From Eukaryota sp. TZLM1-RC (Eukaryota; Protista; Metamonada: BaSk clade): DNA of 64,000 bases. Under the pieces are notes generated by a model that had not been told where the DNA came from, ran no database searches, and worked only from the letters and a program-made list of their open reading frames with translations. Position 1 is the first letter of the stretch, and every line of letters begins with the position of its first letter. Shown here one piece after another: positions 1 to 9,996 of this stretch. Both the position numbers and the translations under genes were made by a program. The DNA is taken from positions 4,865,784 to 4,929,783 of the forward strand of contig JAUPSS010000004.1 of NCBI GenBank assembly GCA_040285825.1. Reading direction: 5' to 3'.

Positions 1-323
1 ATTATCAACACCAAACCTTATCTAAACCAAATTCTACAAGACAAAAGCAACATTTATTGTGTTGTTATTAAAGTTGATGATCAGCACTGAATGACTGGTC
101 CAACAACATGTTAAGAAGCTTATTTTAAAAGAAAATGTCTCTTCTGCAAGTTCAAACCATATTAATATTAAAAAATATTAAATATTCAAAGTTTAATTAA
201 AAAGTTTTAATATAAATCAAGTAAAAAAATGTGATTTTTAAAGAAAAATAATTAAACAAAGTTATTAATGCAGAAACTGAATAATTAAAACTAAAATTTG
301 ATCGAATTCAAAAAAAGCCACCT

Positions 324-1322
324 CTAAATACCATTTTCATTAGAAGCTTTCCACATATGAATTCCATTGTCGTAAAAAGAACAAGAAACATAATAAACTT
401 CAGTACCTCTTGACCAATAATCTGCACCATAAACAATACTATCATGGCCTTTATACTCTGAAATTACCTCAAAAGAACTCTTATCAATTAAACTAACCCC
501 ACCGTACATACAGGAACAAAGAAAATACTTGGAATCAACTTCTACAATATCCCAGACGCCACCGGAAAGCTTCTTTTCAATCAAAACTCTTCTAGGAAAC
601 CGGAGGTCCCATTTATGAATATAATCATCATAACCCCCACTCAACACTTCATGCTCCTTTCCTTCTTCTTCCACGTAAAGACTAATGACACCAGCTGAAT
701 GATGCTTGAAACATCCAACCTGAGAGGGTACACGAGGGTCCCATCGCCTTATAAGAGCGTCGTCACCACCGCTAAGCAAGGTCTTTGATCCAGAATGATA
801 GTGACAACACCAAGCATCAAAAGAGTGTTGACCCTGCACAGTAGTAATTTGGGTGGCTGAATCAGTTTGAAATACCTTACCCGATGAACTTGTAGAGTAG
901 ACATTCTGATCAGTGGGGATAATGCTTGTGATCATGGAGTCATGTGCAACGGTAGTATTAGATTGAAGAGACAATAAATTGGTTTCGCTATTGAGATTGA
1001 AACAGGAAATAGTTCCATTAGTATTTGCGGTATAAAAAATGTGGAAATTGGAGCAAGGGGGATAGACCAAGTCAAAGATACCATAGTCCAAGTTTAAAGA
1101 TCCAGTTGAAACAAGCTGAAGGGACTGGGATATAGTAAAGGTAATAAGTTGACCGGTATGGGTCTGTGTAGAACCATCCTCATGAAGAGTGTATGTGCCT
1201 GAACATAGAATAGGATTTGATTCAGACTTTGAAAGAAAACTGACAGTATCTGGACATGATGCAGCTGTGTAAGTATCAATGGTACTTGCAGAAGAGGATT
1301 CTAACATTGGTTTTATGATCAT
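324..1322 (-). CDS. DPH7: Diphthine methylesterase DPH7/WDR85 (WD40)
   Basis: WD40 motifs HSFDAWCC, LLSGGDDA..RWDPR, SGGYDD, GGVW, HDSIVYGADY and SCSFYD are typical of DPH7. The true start may be the second Met (MLESS). Confidence 0.85.
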   Translation of the reverse strand: MIIKPMLESSSASTIDTYTAASCPDTVSFLSKSESNPILCSGTYTLHEDGSTQTHTGQLITFTISQSLQLVSTGSLNLDYGIFDLVYPPCSNFHIFYTANTNGTISCFNLNSETNLLSLQSNTTVAHDSMITSIIPTDQNVYSTSSSGKVFQTDSATQITTVQGQHSFDAWCCHYHSGSKTLLSGGDDALIRRWDPRVPSQVGCFKHHSAGVISLYVEEEGKEHEVLSGGYDDYIHKWDLRFPRRVLIEKKLSGGVWDIVEVDSKYFLCSCMYGGVSLIDKSSFEVISEYKGHDSIVYGADYWSRGTEVYYVSCSFYDNGIHMWKASNENGI

Positions 1323-1850
1323 TAGTTACAGATAATGTCTATAACAATGACATAAAAGTCCTTTTTACACCGATGTAGACTGTTTTTGAGAAATGGAAGA
1401 TTTCCTTCATGACAAGCATCGATTTCACCCTTAAAAAAGTCCTCATTTTCAGAACCTTTCATAATATGTGGGAAGACAAATTTGAGAATATTGAAACCAC
1501 ATATTATATGAGGATTATAAGTTTCTGATAATTTTTTAAATGAACTTAACAATTCTTTATCATAGGAATGATGATATAAAGTGTTATTTTCATCATCAAC
1601 TGTGCAATAATGTTCGTTTCTGTTTGTTGACTTTTCTCAAAGATCACAAAAACAAAGATTTAATTCAATCTGTTCTCCAGTAAAAATATGAGAAACAGAA
1701 TTTGCAACAATCTTTCTTGTAGATTGACAGTAAGAGATGGAATGTTCTCTTGCAGAAATGACAATTATTTCATTCTCATCACTGAGCTTTTTACCCAACC
1801 CCTAACTTTCAATATCAAACCTCAAAATTCTGAGAGTAAATTGTATTTTG
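1322..1850 (-). pseudogene. Decayed family-B DNA polymerase 3'-5' exonuclease domain
   Basis: One frame read through two stops gives LRILRFDIES*...DENEIIVIS...DKELLSSFKKLSETYNPHIICGFNILKFVFPHI...VIVIDI, matching PolB Exo I (FDIE) and Exo II (dpDiiiGyN..FD). Confidence 0.65.
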
Positions 1851-2114
1851 ACATTTGATGGTATCAGTAGAGTGTATTTATATTGAGTCAGCTGATTCTC
1901 ATTGAAAAGTGTTTTTACACGTTTCAAAGGTCTGCACAATACATCAGCTCGCCTTTTTCTGATGGTTTTTTGTAAAGGAACATTTCTTTGTCTCAAATGA
2001 TTTTCGTTCACTGTCAACACAGCTATAAAAGCATCTTTTGTCTTGATTGACAAAATGTTTAATATGAGCTGAATTAATTGAATTGAGCTGATTTGACAAA
2101 AATAAATTGATCAT

Positions 2115-2594
2115 TCATTTTGTAAACAATGTGGTGAAAATTGCACAATCATACAAATTAGATTGAAAAAATTCAGACTTATTCGGACTGATATTGATTC
2201 CAAATATTTTAAAAAAATATTGAATTAATTTTTTGATGTTGTTCTTCATTATGACGAAGACTATCAAAAAGAAAAGCTTTTGCTGTTCTGGATTTGTTCC
2301 AGAATGCAACAAGTTTCAAATGTTGTCCAATATTATTGGGAAGAAGAATCAATGTATTTTCTTCGTTGCCAGAATTGATCAATTTTGAGCAAAAATACTC
2401 TTGAACAAATTTCCTAAAAAACAATAGGCTGATGCGATGGGCCAAACAAGTATTTTGTGATGTGACAGTGGAGGTGATGACTCATTGATAAAATTGTTGA
2501 TCGAATCAGCGATTTGTTGATCATCCAACCAGCTTTTTTTAACATCATCACTTTGTTGTCCTCCAACTGATAAATTAATTTTTTTAAAATACAT
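2115..2594 (-). pseudogene. Decayed Ulp1/SENP-like (C48) cysteine protease
   Basis: Three overlapping frames join to WLDDQQI...LILLPNNIGQH(L)KLV...FLFDSL...QSNLYDCAIF, the Ulp1 WLnD / HW / DSL / QxNxxDCG motifs in the correct order. Confidence 0.65.
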
Positions 2595-4702
2595 ATTTTT
2601 ATTATAAAAAGAATTAATTTTAAATAATTTTAATGAAAAATTATAAAATATTTCATCAGATAGGTCATCAATCTCCCCAAAAAAAACACAAAATGAATTG
2701 CCTCCCTACTATAAAGAGGCTGTGGGTGGAAACACTGTTGTGTGAAACGCATACAGCTTCCAGGTTCGTGCCCCAGACACGACCAGCAAATTCATAGATA
2801 TTGTGTTTTCTTGAAGGAGTTATAAAATGTTTATTAATCAATAATGTTGAAGAATTAATTAAAAAACAATTTATAAAAACTTCATGATGGACTACTTGGA
2901 CACGTTGATCCTTCTCAACCTAAAAAGAGGAAGATTCAATCTGACCAAGTAGTCTATTTTCAACCAAATAGTCAGGAGAGTCTTCATGAGAAAGAGTTCC
3001 CTTGTTACATTTGGTTGAACAAGAACTTACCTGTGAAGATGGAATCTCAGGAGGACTGGAAATGAGCTCCCAGTAGGGATGGATGCAAGCTTGCTCATGG
3101 ATGGTTTCACTCAGTAGCGCATCTATATAATTCTGATGACTTGATTCAATTTCTTGACTTCATCTTTTGATTGTTCATTTGAGTAGTTTTGGGTTGTTTG
3201 CTTCAGAATGATTTGTTTTATTTTATTCTTATTTTCTCTAGATTCGGTTTCTTGTTCATTATTCTTTCCTTTTACTAAATTGCTATGTACATGGACTGAC
3301 TGATTATCAATTCGAATTTATCCTGGAGATAACTATTTTCTTTACGGGAAGTTAAAGAAATAAAAATCATTAATGATTCTTCGATCTGCTAACTAAATAA
3401 AAAGCAATCAAAATCGTGATATTTCATCAACGCATTGCTTTTGTCTTCATCTGACAATACTTCGATTCTTTGCATCAATTTGACTAATTTCAAAAAGTAA
3501 TTTCTCGATTTGTTCTTTAAATTGTGGAGGGTCCCATTTTCTGATTAGAGAAGTTTAAAAGGCCCAGCATTCTGTTCACAGGAATACATTTTTCATACTC
3601 ATTGGAATTTTCATTCGCATTATCAAATGGATTGGACTTAAGTCGACGATTTTCCATTACTAATGACTGCATCTATTTGGAACCATTTAATCAAGTGAGA
3701 AGGCTTACTACAAAGTCCTTTTACAACATTGGGCTCAACCTTTGCAAAATCATTTGGTACTGACATTAATGATGAAAAACTTTCAATACAGTAAGATCAA
3801 TTTTAATTTTACAAGTTTGTTTTCTTTTTGAGTTTAGAGTTCCAATTCTAATTATTTATTTTCAATAATTTGTTCCTCAAATGGTCTGCATTAATAATCG
3901 GAGTTCTCAAATCTTCTAGACTTGTAATGACGAATGGGTCCCCTCAGTCAGAAAGATCATTTCAATAGTCAAAAAGTCGTAGAGTTTTTTGGTATCCTGT
4001 ACTAAGGTAATATTTTGTTTTCGTTTAGTAAACTGAAGTAGCTAAGTCTTATCCATTTTGATAATAAAAATAGGTTTATTTCGAATCTGAATTCACTCTC
4101 GACTAAAAATACCTCCAACCTCACCATTTTCATTTTCTTGAATTCTTGATATTTTGCGAGACAAAAATCGCAATTGATAGCAACAATTCATCATAAATAA
4201 TGCCTCCAATACATCAAGAGTTCTTTGTTGGTAGAAAATCATTGTGATCGAACATTAGTAATGTAATCTTGATGTTTCCAATTCATCAAGTGTGACATTA
4301 TACTTCCACTTTTTGAAACAACATTTTTGAGGAAATATTCAAAAGTCATGTTTAAGTTCACTAATTCCAAACTGGACAAAGGATGGCAAAGGAAAGTTTG
4401 CCAGAAGGTTTGCTCCAGAATTCCGTTGTCATTGTAAGAAATTATCGTAAAGGGGAAGATTGACAAGGTCGAAAATTTGCGTAATTACTACAGACAATTT
4501 AATTTATGAAAATTCTTTCTATCAGGGAAACAAAAGGATTGAATTGTGATAAATCTTTTCCACTTATATGTGAAGTTCTATCTAAATTAAGATGAGTGTG
4601 TTCAACAATTTCAAAAACTCCCTAATAATATTAATAATTGTTCATAAATTATTGTGAATAATTTTTGGAATTTTCTCAGAAATTTGATGGTTCTAACAAG
4701 GT

Positions 4703-5492
4703 TTATTCCCGAAACAACTTCCGTAATACATCAAACAATGCTTTTGTTATACCAACATCTAATGCTAAATTCACATAAGGTACAACTGCTGCATAATGAT
4801 CCAGTAAATCCCAATTGATCATTTCAGAAACAATCTCATTGTTGTGGATTGACGTAAAAGCAGAACGAGCAACCAAAAGGGAAATACCTATATCAAGTTC
4901 ATATGCACCATCGAAGTGACGAACAAGGGCCATTCGTTTCACCCCACCGTTACCTTCCATGATCATCTTTGGTAAGCCGTGTTCGAGCACCTCCTCGATT
5001 GATGCATCAACTAGTTTTAGTGAAACGAGTCCTTCAGCACATGTACGCTGAGCCTTTGTGTAGACCTGTTCTCTAGACGAAGCACTTTGGCAACATTCAA
5101 ACACGGACCAAATGATTTGGTTAGCCAAATTGTAAATGCTCTTGTGGAGCAAGGTTTCATCATTTTTGTTCGCAGTAGCAGATGTAAGTTCAAGCCCTTG
5201 ATTGAAAGGACCGTTGACTGGAGTTGTTTCATGCTGTACAATGAGAGCTTTCAAATCCTCGACCTTATCCATGTATTGCTGCATTGTTTCCCTGAGCGTC
5301 ACCTTCATATGCTCGCTTCTTTCGTCTGAGATTAAGAAAGGGCTAGTTTTTCTCACATTTAAGTGCTGCAAAGAGGTAATCTAGTGCTCTCAAGTACTCG
5401 TTAGTTGCAGCAGTGAAATCTCCCTGGTTCTCGAGGTTTATAGCATTTTCTGCCATGTTCAAGGCTTGTTCTCGGAATTTCGTGGCTGACAT
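4703..5492 (-). CDS. MIT-domain protein (Vps4-like N-terminus, no AAA ATPase), one 31-nt intron at 5326-5356
   Basis: ATG at 5492. Removing GTGAGAAAAACTAGCCCTTTCTTAATCTCAG gives MSATKFREQALNMAENAINLENQGDFTAATNEYLRALDYLFAALKYERSEHMKVTLRETMQQYMDKVEDLK, a MIT three-helix bundle pattern. Confidence 0.75.
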
Positions 5493-6219
5493 TGACTGTA
5501 TTGTGTTGTGTTGTAAGTTTGGTATTTGAATATCATTGGCACTGTAGACTTTTCTTTTACTTTCTGTTGCTGATCACCACTTGCCACATGTTATGTGATG
5601 GAAGTGCCCTAGCGTAACTTCTTTATCAAAAGTTCTTAACTCGTTCTTTAGCTAATGATTGGAAACAGCAGGTGTAACTTGATAAGGCAATAAATAATCA
5701 ACCTGTGATACCTTATTTTGTTCCAAAGCAACAAATTAAGTAATTAATTAATTAAGTAATTGATGTAATTCTTATTACTATGTTTATGTATTGCTATGTT
5801 TTCATGTAGAAAGTGTTGGTTGCTTTAGCAGAATGTTTGCAAAAACTATGTGTACAGCCTTGTACATGGATCTTGCTATTATAATATCACATTTAATAAA
5901 AATCTTAAAACAAAAAATTGGAATTCGTATATAATGACATCTATCAAAATTTCCATAGAATATAAGGTGATACACTGCAATTTTGTGTTAAAATCAGAAA
6001 CTCAAAATTACAGCAATGAATTTGAATTTTCTATGGGTAAATCATTATCTGTGGAGTCTTTCCATTCACAACAATCGTCATAGGTATGATGCAAAATCTA
6101 CCACTAATAATAATTGTGGCATTTGAGTAAAGTACTAAAAGTGCACGTTGAACAACAAAGTTTGCACTAATGAATAACAGACTGTAGCTTAGAGTTGCGT
6201 ATTGTTGAGGAAGTCTTTG

Positions 6220-6300
6220 TGTTGGCGCCTTTAGGCTTTTATAATATGAATAGAAAATAAATTAGCTTTATCCTAACCACTTTTCCAACCTACGGCATCA
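6220..6300 (+). repeat. 5' LTR of element 1 (81 bp)
   Basis: TGTTGGCGCC...CGGCATCA, repeated at 12267-12347. Confidence 0.9.
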
Positions 6301-8894
6301 ATAATTATTGGCCATTTAGGTTGATACCAGGTATACCACTTACACAACTTACAGCTTTCATACAGAGGATATCTTTAGCGGATATCATGTCAGTCTCTCC
6401 CAGCCAGGACACTGACTTCTTTAAAATTAACATGCAGGAACACGACAGGGATGCTTATAACACATTTACATCAACAGGAGAAGTAGCAAAGAGTGATGAG
6501 GATTCGGGCCCGAGACCACCCTCCGCCCCCCCCCCCTCAGGAAAAACCCATGGATTCAGGCACGGAACCACCTCCCGCCTCCTCCAAACCCAAAACAATG
6601 AAACCAGGCACGGAACCACCTCCCGCCTCTTCCAAGTCCAACAAGCCAGAAAAGGTTTCAGGAACGGGACCACCCCCCTCCTCACCTAAAGACACAAATG
6701 TTGGGTCAAGTTCAGAAACTTCATCTGTTTTGAAGGATTACGAAGAACTTCAATCCGTTTTAGATGAAATAGACGACGAAGGGAAAGAACCTCGCCAACA
6801 AATAATGAAGGACGCAAAAGCTCACCTTTCATCCATCTGGTCCAGGTGCTAAACGTCGCTCGGGAGACGGAACCAAAGGAACTCCCCAAAACAAATATGT
6901 CCCAGAAAGACATGAACGGGATGGATCTAAGTTTTGTACATTCTGCAACGTCATCGAAGGAAATAACCCTATTGGTCACACGGTTTTTGAATGTAAAGAC
7001 CCCCGTTGTAAGGAGTAAGGTACCTAAAGAATTAAGATTTAAGATCGGCGAGGCTGATCAGCCTGCGAGAAGTGGCAGTGCAGTTAGGGGCCGAGGTGGC
7101 CATTTCAGAGGACATAAAGGCAGAGGTCAGTATAGACCTATTTATTACATTAATACACAAGAGGAAACATCATCAACATCTTCCCCTTCTGAGAACGTGT
7201 CAGCTAGTTCGAGCATGACCTCTCACAGACGGATCGACCATTTCAGCTACAGGGTCAGAAACACAGGTAACTTTAACAAATCAATGCAATCAATCACAAT
7301 CAATCAATTGCCGATTTCGGAAACCCAGTCAACAACTCCCCAACAGCTCAACAAGTCTTACTTAATCCTCTACAATTCCACAAACCCAGCTCTGATATCA
7401 ATAGTATTTTTGGTATAAATTCTACGGTTAGTGAGAACCACAACAGATCCCAGCGTTCTCCATTTCTTATATTGGAGATTTCAATAAATAATATAAAAAT
7501 GACTGCAACTATTCATTCGGCAGCGTTTTGTTCGGTTATAACAGAAAATTTGGCTAACAAATGCAACATGTCAATTAATAGAGATGATACGATTGAGTTC
7601 TTACCAGCCAATAACGTATCAAGTAAATCGCTAGGGAGTGCAAATGGTACTCTGTTCGTTCAACGTAGGAAGCATTGCGCACCAGGTACATTATAGACAT
7701 ACTCTTCCCATAATCCCGGGTTCGAACAAACTATTAATAGGGACAGACATGTTAAAAACACTTGGGCTTCAGACGGATGATGGTCTTTTCATTAGATTAG
7801 ACAAAGAACACCGCACTTTGTTAAATGCAGAATCTGAATTCGACTCAAGAATCGCTCAACATTTGATTGGGACCTTAGATAACCAATCATCGAGTCCTTC
7901 CGATTTTGAGGAGCAATTAACAAGATTTGGTTGTGAGATAAATTTAGATGATGATAATAATAAATGAAAATTAACGAGTCTACTGGGAATTTTCAGCGAT
8001 GTTTTTAGTGAAACTCCAAACAGAAAAGGAATCGATTGTAATCCTCTAACAATCCCCTTTAGAGATGAAAATGCTATGGTACATAAACCTGCTAGACGGT
8101 TAAATCCCAGCAAAATGGAAATAGCAAACAAAATATTTGATGAACTGATTGAAATGGGCTATGCAGTTGAATCTAATTATTAATTCAGTTCTCCTATTGT
8201 CTTAGTTATATATCCTGACGGCAAGAAACCCAGGCTAACTGACGAATTTAGTGGTAAAGATGGAGTTAACGCCCACACGATTTCAGTAGAGCCTAATCTA
8301 CCTATTTTATATTTTAAAATTTTTGAGTAGAGCAAATTACATTGCCACGCTTGATTTACCTAAAGCTTTCTAGCAGATGAATGTAGCAGAAAAGACATTG
8401 AGAAAACATCAATCTCAATTCTTGGAAGGCCAATTATGTTAAAAGAGCTTGTTTCGGATTAAAGAACATCCCAGCAGTCCTTCAAAACATAATGATGGAA
8501 ATATTCCAAATTAATGGCGTTTTTATATTTATCAATGATATCATAATAGTTGGAACGACTTTCGAAGAATTCTATAAGAGATTACAAAGAGTCCTCCAAT
8601 GCGCCAGAAATAGACGTGTAAATATAGGCTTACGTAAATGTAAATTCGTAACATCCAAACACCCTATTGACATTTTACGAAGCACCTTCCAGGACAAAAC
8701 TAGATTTATAAGTAAGAAAAAGATCAAAGCCTTGATGGGAATCCCTAGACCAAAATCAGTGAAAGAAGTTCGCTCATTGGTAGGATCCATCAATTATATT
8801 AGAAATTGGCTTCCAGGTATTTCCGAATTAATAGCTCCAATTAATGAGTTAATTAAAGGGAAACCTAGAATAATTAAATGGACCAACGAGCATG

Positions 8895-9996
8895 TGATGC
8901 CGTTAGGCAGAAATACCAAAGAAGTAAAGAGAGAAAAGAGAGCTTTATTAATAGAAATACTTGTTTTTGAACAAGTGCCACGTCATCATGTAAATTCCTC
9001 ATCTGTCTAGCAAGATAGTTAATCAGTAACAACAACACTACTTCTTCCCATTTTCTTTCAACAGTTTCGTGAACCATTTAGCATAATGAAGAAAGGGGAT
9101 TTGTGAGATACTGAGGCACGTGGCGTAAATGATTGACTTCGTGCTTAACTTTTGAGGGGCAATCACGAGCTAGATGACCTTTCTGGTGACATTTGAAACA
9201 TGTCCCTTCAGTCAAATTGCGAGACCTATGGGATGAACGAGACTTCATACCAGCTTGACGCACAGAGTCGGCATTTTCAGAAACAGTCTTTGAAGACCTG
9301 TTCCAAGAAGCTACTCGCGTGCAATCAAGTAGTTCATCCTCTGCGGTATTTACCAATGTAGGAAAATCGGGGAATACCTCATCCCGAATTCGAGAAATCA
9401 GAGATTTCTGCAGTCCTAATGGAAGAATACCCTTGGCGAATCTGATCATGAAGGCTGAGTCAGGCAGTTTCAGTCCGGAAGCCCTGCTTTTCGCCTGAAG
9501 AAAACGTCTCAGGTAGCAGGACATACGTTCACGGACGTCGCCCTTACGGACATCAACCTTCAACTCAGACATCACCAAGTTGAATTCCTCGTACGAGGAA
9601 AACGAGGTGGAGGATCTTAAATGATCCAGAAACACCTCATCGGATGAATCGACCCCAGGTCTTGTGAGAACCAATGATTCTAACAAGAAGGGGTCAACGA
9701 GGAGCCTTGCTGGAACAAGGTCCTTTTTCGGTGTAACAGAAGAGTACACCTTCCACTGTTGTAGGAACAACAGAACATCATCCACTTCCATAGAAGCAAG
9801 GGACGGATGTAGTACGTGTGTAGATCTCATCTGCAATGAGGGCCAATAATTATTGATGCCGTTAGGCAGAAATACCAAAGAAGTAAAGAGAGAAAAGAGA
9901 GCTTTATTAATAGAAATACTTGTTTTTGAACAAGTGCCACGTCATCATGTAAATTCCTCATCTGTCTAGCAAGATAGTTAATCAGTAACAACAACA
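8895..9996 (-). mobile_element. Non-autonomous gag-only mini LTR element (1102 bp) nested in element 1
   Basis: Identical 143-bp LTRs (8895-9037, 9854-9996) with TG..CA ends, TSD CATG (8891-8894, 9997-10000), PPT-like GGGAAGAAGTAG. Excision restores host pol WTNEHDDHFKQIK. Confidence 0.95.
9078..9830 (-). CDS. Gag-like protein (250 aa) with CCHC zinc knuckle
   Basis: Intact ORF from the first ATG (9830) with CFKCHQKGHLARDC. No protease, RT or integrase follows. Confidence 0.85.
   Translation of the reverse strand: MRSTHVLHPSLASMEVDDVLLFLQQWKVYSSVTPKKDLVPARLLVDPFLLESLVLTRPGVDSSDEVFLDHLRSSTSFSSYEEFNLVMSELKVDVRKGDVRERMSCYLRRFLQAKSRASGLKLPDSAFMIRFAKGILPLGLQKSLISRIRDEVFPDFPTLVNTAEDELLDCTRVASWNRSSKTVSENADSVRQAGMKSRSSHRSRNLTEGTCFKCHQKGHLARDCPSKVKHEVNHLRHVPQYLTNPLSSLC

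Noticed and set aside
1322-2053. Stop-codon reassignment (in-frame TAG/TGA in the PolB relic and the 57369 ORF)
   Set aside because: Multi-kb host ORFs are open in the standard code and end in TAA, TAG and TGA. In-frame stops are confined to decayed sequences that also carry frameshifts or truncations.
6309-6326. Canonical tRNA PBS starting at the TGG 8 nt after the LTR
   Set aside because: The spacer is too long, and only TGGCC is shared between element 1 and its satellite. Not fully excluded without the host tRNA set.
6555-6685. CRISPR-like or functional repeat array
   Set aside because: Only 2-3 imperfect coding repeats (GTEPPPASSK) in the retroelement's disordered 5' ORF, in a eukaryotic context.
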